From Candidatus Methanophagales archaeon (GTDB taxonomy: Archaea; Halobacteriota; Syntropharchaeia; Alkanophagales; Methanospirareceae), in assembly GCA_013139985.1 (NCBI GenBank), contig WSZT01000036.1:1-50604 (forward strand): a DNA stretch of 50,604 nucleotides, given 5' to 3'. The position numbers were made by a program, and so were the translations under genes. Below the pieces are notes generated by a model that was not told where the DNA came from, did no database searches, and worked only from the letters and a program-made list of their open reading frames with translations. How positions within the stretch are numbered: the first letter of the stretch is position 1; every line of letters begins with the position of its first letter. Of this stretch, positions 44,936 through 50,604 are shown piece after piece.

Positions 44936-47764
44936 TCACGTCCGAAATAGAGCTGTTAAGTAATTCTGCCAGGGCACCATCAGCGGATGTTTATCTTTAT
45001 CTGAATCTATGCGGTAAGGGGAATCACCAAGTCCATCGCCATTCCCGTCTGTTCCTGTGTAGTCGCCCCAGTAGTTGCCCGTGTAGTTTGTGTACGTGTT
45101 GCCGTTGTAGCTGTACGTTATTTCTGATGTTGAGTTCCAGACATTGGTTGATTCGTTAGAATAAGCGTTATTAGCGTTATCTATGAAATTGTTAAGGTAT
45201 ATTTCATTATTGTTTGAATTCTTGAGGTAGATGCCCTTGTTTTCATTGTTCTTAGCCGTGTTATTTGCTATTATATTCTCGTTTGAACTCCTAAGTTCAA
45301 TACCTTTGTCTTTATTAGAGTTTGCAATGTTATCTCGTATCTCATTGTTGTAGGACTGCGAGAGATAAATACCCGACTCCTTCAAGCTATTTGAGGCATT
45401 ATTCATTAATATTTTATTGTATGTGGAACTACCTGTTAATATAATCCCATAATTCTTATTTGCTAACACGCTGTTATAACAAATAGTGTTTCGACTCGAT
45501 TTAGACAGAAATATGCCATGATAGTTGCCGGAAACAATATTGTTAGAGATATTACAGTTTGTTGCACCCGAGATAAGAATGCCACACTTTTTTGATGCCT
45601 CTTCTATTGTGAACCCGGTTATGTTCACGTAGTCTGCGGTTATATTGAATATATGACTATTGGCAGCACGAACAATCGTTGAATCCGCTCCAGTCTCCGA
45701 TTGAATTGTTAATCGCTTGTATACGTTTATGTTCTCGGTGTAAGTTCCGGGCTCTACTGTTACTGTATCACCGTCCTTAGTATCCGAATCGTCTATTGCA
45801 GCTTGAATAGTGTAGAAGTGCTTGCCTGTGTTGATGTTATGAACACGGAATTCTGTTAGTGGCGTGAAGTAAATCTCCCAGGGCACAATCAGAGGATAAT
45901 CGTCTTTATCTGTATCTATGCTGTAAGGGGAATCGCCGAGTCCATCGCCATTCCCGTCTGTTCCGGTATAGTCGCTCCAATAGTTCCCCATGTAATGTGA
46001 GTATGTGTTGCCGTTGTAGAAGTAGGTTATTTCTGATGGGGAGTTCCAGTCGTTGGTGGATTCGTTAGAATAAGCGTTATTAGCGTTATTTATGAAATTG
46101 TTAAGATATATTTTGTTGTTGTTTGAATTCTCGAGGTAGATGCCTTTTTTTTCATTGTTCTTAGCAGTGTTGTTTGTTATTGTGTTCTCGTTTGAAGTCC
46201 AAAGGCCAATACCCTGGTAATGGTTAGAATTTGCAATGTTATTTTGTATCTCGTTATTGTTAGATGAGCTTAATGATATCCCATGATACTTAACATTATT
46301 TGAAACATCGTTATCAATTATCCTGTTGTCACTCGAATTCTTGAGGTAGATACCAGAGTTTGTATTATTTTTAGCACTATTATTTGCTATTATGTTCTCG
46401 TTTGAACTCCTAAGTTCAATACCTTCGTCTTTATTAGAGTTTGCAATGTTATTTCGTATCTCATTGTTGTTAGCGGAGTTTAAATATATGCCATCGTAGT
46501 TAGTACTGTTTGAGGCGTTATTACCAATTACCCTGTTGTAGTCTGACGCATTGAGGCGGATACCTCTGTATCCATTGCCATTAGCCATATTGTATGCTAT
46601 CGTGTTGCTGTCACTTGAAATCCAGAGTACAATACCATTGTAATGGTTATAGTTTGCGGTGTTATTTCGTAGCTCGTTATTGCTTGAGGCGATTAACTCT
46701 ATCCCATTGTAGTTAGCACTGTTTGAGGCATCGTTATCCATTATTCTATTGTCGCGTGAATTCTTGAGGTAGATACCAGAGTTTGTATTATTTTTAGCAG
46801 TGTTATTTGCTATTATGTTCTCGTTTGAACTCCTAAGTTCAATACCTTTGTCTTTATTAGAGTTTGCAATGTTATCTTGTATCTCATTGTTGTTAGCGAA
46901 GTTTAAATATATTCCATCGTAGTTAGTACTGTTTGAGGCGTTATTACCAATTATCCTGTTGTTGTCTGAAGCATTGATGCGGATACCTCTGTTTCCATTG
47001 CCATTGGCCGTGTTGTATGCAATAGTGTTGTTGTCACTTGAAGTCCAGAGTCCAATACCCTGGTAATGGTTATAGTTTGCAACGTTATTACGAATCTCGT
47101 TATTGTTTGATTCGCTTAAGTATATACCCTGGTAGTTAAGATTGTTTGAGGCGTCATTACCAATTATCCTGTTGTCGTTTGAGTCTTGAAGGAAGATGCC
47201 AGTATTTCCATTGTACATAACCTTGTTATTTATGAGCATACTATTGCTCGAAGAAGACAGACGAATGCCTTGGTCGTTGTTGCCTTTTACCACGTTGTTC
47301 GTGAGCGAGTTGTTGCTCGAATGATACAGGTAGATACCACGGTAGTTGTTCGATGCGTTGTTATCAGAGATGATGCAATGTTCCGCTCTGTAGAGGTATA
47401 TTCCACCTTTATAGTCTCCTGTTGCACCTGTTACAGTAAATTCAGTTATATTCACATAATCTGCAGTTACCGCAAAAACGTGGTCGCTTGTGTTTGCTGC
47501 CTGAACAATCGTGGAATCATAGCCGTTCTCTGATTTTATGGTCAAATGATTCACGTTTACATCAACGTTTTCGTTGTAAGTTCCATCTCTCACAATGATA
47601 GTGTCGCCTGCGTTCGCGTTATCTATCGCCTCCTGGATTGATTCGCCGGGATTAACATAATGCTGTTGTGCTGCGGATATGGCTCCAAAATTCAGGAATG
47701 CCAGCGTAGCGATTAGAACTGCAAATAGCAATGCTGTCCCAATTTTTCCTCTTTCGTGTTTCAT
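44936..47764 (-). CDS. Secreted parallel beta-helix (NosD/CASH-repeat) surface protein
   Basis: Signal peptide; IQ.AID, GTY.EN and many N..GI.L..S.NN.I.NN repeats; two GNYW.DY.G.D.NGDG.GD.PY caps. Confidence 0.88.
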   Translation of the reverse strand: MKHERGKIGTALLFAVLIATLAFLNFGAISAAQQHYVNPGESIQEAIDNANAGDTIIVRDGTYNENVDVNVNHLTIKSENGYDSTIVQAANTSDHVFAVTADYVNITEFTVTGATGDYKGGIYLYRAEHCIISDNNASNNYRGIYLYHSSNNSLTNNVVKGNNDQGIRLSSSSNSMLINNKVMYNGNTGIFLQDSNDNRIIGNDASNNLNYQGIYLSESNNNEIRNNVANYNHYQGIGLWTSSDNNTIAYNTANGNGNRGIRINASDNNRIIGNNASNSTNYDGIYLNFANNNEIQDNIANSNKDKGIELRSSNENIIANNTAKNNTNSGIYLKNSRDNRIMDNDASNSANYNGIELIASSNNELRNNTANYNHYNGIVLWISSDSNTIAYNMANGNGYRGIRLNASDYNRVIGNNASNSTNYDGIYLNSANNNEIRNNIANSNKDEGIELRSSNENIIANNSAKNNTNSGIYLKNSSDNRIIDNDVSNNVKYHGISLSSSNNNEIQNNIANSNHYQGIGLWTSNENTITNNTAKNNEKKGIYLENSNNNKIYLNNFINNANNAYSNESTNDWNSPSEITYFYNGNTYSHYMGNYWSDYTGTDGNGDGLGDSPYSIDTDKDDYPLIVPWEIYFTPLTEFRVHNINTGKHFYTIQAAIDDSDTKDGDTVTVEPGTYTENINVYKRLTIQSETGADSTIVRAANSHIFNITADYVNITGFTIEEASKKCGILISGATNCNISNNIVSGNYHGIFLSKSSRNTICYNSVLANKNYGIILTGSSTYNKILMNNASNSLKESGIYLSQSYNNEIRDNIANSNKDKGIELRSSNENIIANNTAKNNENKGIYLKNSNNNEIYLNNFIDNANNAYSNESTNVWNSTSEITYSYNGNTYTNYTGNYWGDYTGTDGNGDGLGDSPYRIDSDKDKHPLMVPWQNYLTALFRT

Positions 47765-48174
47765 TTCTTCTTTTCAGCTCCTAGAATATAAGCTCAATCA
47801 TTTTGCCTGGTTCTTTATAAGACTTGTTGCGGAATAATTCAGCAAAGCCCTAAGAAGGAAGATCCATAAAAAGGAGCAATATGCGGGGTGGAATGGACGC
47901 CTTAGAAGGTCTCATTTCATATAATTTTATAATGCAACAAGTCTATTATTTCAGATAGTTTCTTTTTATATATAAATACTTACCAACGTGTAATATTTGA
48001 TGGCTTTTCGTATGCTTCCAGAACTATTGGTTATCCATCAGCAGATAAAACGTATAAATCAGCTTAAAGAATCAAGCGCCAGATGAAATCAGCATGCAGA
48101 AAGATTCAATCGTACAAAGTATTTAGTAATTTCCTTCAAGATGCTTAGGTGCCGCCGTAAAATAAATTCCGGTT

Positions 48175-50229
48175 TTATGCTTTTTGAGGTTTGATTGTGT
48201 AGTTCCAATTCGGATGTTTTTTGTGTCGTTCCAAATATAATTTTGACATATCTTTTTCTGAAAAAGTTTTACCTTTTTCATAAATACCATCATCCAATTG
48301 AGCATCTATGCTAAGACCCTTTGTAGTTGTTGTTCCTTTGATTAAATTAATAACGGTTTCATAAGACGTTAATGGTCTTCCTTTCCAGTTCATGCTTATG
48401 AATGAAAACATTCGATGCTCTATTTTATTCCATTTACTTGTTCCTGGTGGGAAATGGCAAACGACAATTTCAAGATTGGTTTCATTTGCAAAGTTTTGCA
48501 AATATTGTTTCCAACCCTTATTACGACTACCATTACTACCACATCCATCTGCAGTAATCATTAATTTCGTGGCGTTAGGGTATCTTTTTCTCCCGAGTAA
48601 ATTCCACCATCTTCTTATGCTTTCAACGGCAAATTCTGCTGTATCATAACTTATACCAACATTCACAAAACATTCATTTCTTGCAGGATCATAAGCCCCA
48701 TAAGGAGTTATTCTTCCCTCTGCTAAAGATAAGAAATCGTAGACGTCTACTTCATCAGCTTCTCCTTTTTTCGTAATAGGTTCTTCAGGTAGTAGATATT
48801 CCAATTTTTCTATAAGTTTTCTTGATTTTTTTGGTATTTCAGCGAATTGTGTTTTCCCCATTATCTTCAATAAGTGTACTCTTTTGAGATATTCGATAAC
48901 GTCTGGAACTGAATAGTAATTTAGAAGCTCTTTTTCGATTAGTTTTCCGTATATCCGGTAGTAGAATTGTAGAGCGATGAAACTGACGAACAGGAAACTT
49001 TCCAATTGTTTGTCATCACGCATATAGTTTTTATCGGATTCAAGGATGTTTTTGAATATATCGAACGCTTTTTCTATATCCATTCGACTTTTTAACAGCC
49101 CATAGACCTCTTGAGCGGACTTGCCACAGGTAGTTCTTACAGCTATTGTCCCCAACAGGTAGTCTTTTTCGTATACCAGAGACTGGTAGCCCTCGATTTT
49201 TTTCGTGTTCTCGGCTGTTTCGTCATTTTTTTGAAGCTGATTTATGGCATAGATGAGCGTAGAAGTCTCCTCTGCCTTCAGTTTCTCATCAAGGAAGGAG
49301 ATTATCTGCTCTTTCCCCCTTTTTTGCGTGTAATGCCATATGTGTCTCTTATCAAACTGGAATACGCCGTCAAATTCTTTTAGGCTGCCTTTTTTGAGTA
49401 TGCCGTAGTCTATTAGTGTGCTGTTTCTTTTGAGCGGTAGTATGTACTTTAGCTTTCCAGCAGAGAAAGCTTTAGCGTTTTTTTCAGAGTTAAAGCCTTT
49501 ATCTCCAATGAACACGATTTCTTTCAGGTTTAACTCCAGAACTGTGGCAACTACTGAGGAAACATCCCGTATACTTCCAGGAATCATTCTAAAGAACCCG
49601 GGCTGCGTTTTATCAAGCGAAAATACCAGTGCCAGATTGATTTGTGGTATGTATTCGCCTTTGTGGTTATGACCAAGCATGGCGGCATTTACGCCCTCAG
49701 AGTACGTGAATATCTCGCTCAAATCTATCGCTGCGAACTCACTGCCCACCAAAAATTCCTTCATATACGCAGTCATTACCTTCCTGCGTGAGCCAATATC
49801 CCGCAAAAAAGGGCCTAGAAATTTGGTAGATGTCCTTACATCCGGCAGAACTTCCGAGAGATGGGAATTCTGATAATAGAACCCAAATCGTTTCAAAGGA
49901 GTCTGTTCAAGAAGTCGGAGGGCAGAAAGCACAAAAAGTTCCTTATACTCCTGCGGATAATGCCTTTTTAGGCTCTCTTCTATATCTGCTGCGATTGCCC
50001 TCAGATAACTTGACGCCCCGTACTCCTTAACAGTCACCTGCTTAAAAGCCGCAAGGAGCTGCTTTTGCTTCGGTGGAGCGATACCTTCCTTTGTTATCTT
50101 GCCCAGATACTCGCCTGTAATCTTCCGCGATCTCTTAAGCTTCTTATCCCAAACGCTACTGACCTTGCAGAGATAGAAATTATCACCTCGCCGGTGAATC
50201 TTTGTACCCTTCTTCCTTTGCACCAACAC
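48175..50229 (-). mobile_element. Chimeric transposase ORF: IS1634-like (N-terminal ~485 aa) fused to ISAzo13-like C-terminus
   Basis: N part: WDK..KR.RKITG.YLGKI, PGSIRDV, IGDKGF, R..IEKAF...KN. C part: DTAEFAVESIRRWW, TADG.GSNG, HFPPGTSKWNKIEHRMFS, WNYTI.P. No ATG seen upstream in frame. Confidence 0.85.
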
Positions 50230-50446
50230 CCAATCGGGAATTTTTTTACGACTATCAATATTACTAAAATTAGTAATATGTATACAAATAAAAATAGGCG
50301 CAATATAGCTATGAATACTTGGACTAAGTCCTATCCCAGATCTGTTCTAAAACATATTACTCAAAATGGTTAAAGTTACAGATTTATTTGCGGGACAGCC
50401 TGTTTAACCTATAACCTAGCAAATCGAATTAATGTTCGAACGTAAA

Positions 50447-50604
50447 TTAAAGCCTCAATTCCCCGGCTACACGTACTCCCATATTTATCGTTACTTCTGC
50501 TATATCCTCACAATACTTTGCCATCCTGCCTAAACTCACCAGGATAGAAAGGGTGTGTATTTTGTCGTTGACACTCCATTCTTCTGCCAGGATTCGCTCA
50601 TTTA
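50447..50604 (-). CDS. C-terminal end of a PhoU-like phosphate uptake regulator (5'-truncated by window edge)
   Basis: Not in the ORF track; minus strand reads ...ILVSLGRMAKYCEDIAEVTINMGVRVAGELRL*. Confidence 0.6.
   Translation of the reverse strand, partial: NERILAEEWSVNDKIHTLSILVSLGRMAKYCEDIAEVTINMGVRVAGELRL

Overview
Archaeal chromosomal window, almost certainly from an ANME-1 (Methanophagales) anaerobic methanotroph. The evidence is an mcrBGA operon without mcrD/mcrC, and an McrA carrying the ANME-1 Cys-rich motif HFGGSVRACCAAAGCGSAVAC with His271, Trp333, Val419, Gly464 and Met499 at the positions known from the ANME-1 MCR structure. The left ~26 kb looks like an MCR activation/maturation supercluster. 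It holds two tandem atwA (component A2) paralogs, mcrC, ycaO with no adjacent tfuA, two closely related U32-family Fe-S proteins, a ferredoxin, a radical SAM enzyme, a flavin-binding protein, an exported tandem rhodanese and two SAM methyltransferases, interleaved with nrdDG and a dGTPase/NDT pair. The main hypothesis (inference) is that these orphan enzymes make the ANME-1-specific MCR modifications whose enzymes I do not know to be identified: 7-hydroxy-Trp333, and 17(2)-methylthio-F430. The right half has housekeeping genes (ade, tRNA-Ala, psmA-SBDS-rrp4-rrp41-rrp42, priL, pcn, yggS, mfnA), a HEPN/MNT toxin-antitoxin pair and a GIY-YIG/m4C R-M cassette between pcn and priL. It ends in a mobile-element graveyard: an IS110 pseudogene inside a split SSV-type integrase at a tRNA-Gln att site, a beta-helix surface protein, and an IS1634/ISAzo13 fusion ORF. 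Two families of small dispersed intergenic repeats were also found. All calls come from motif recognition by eye; no searches were run.
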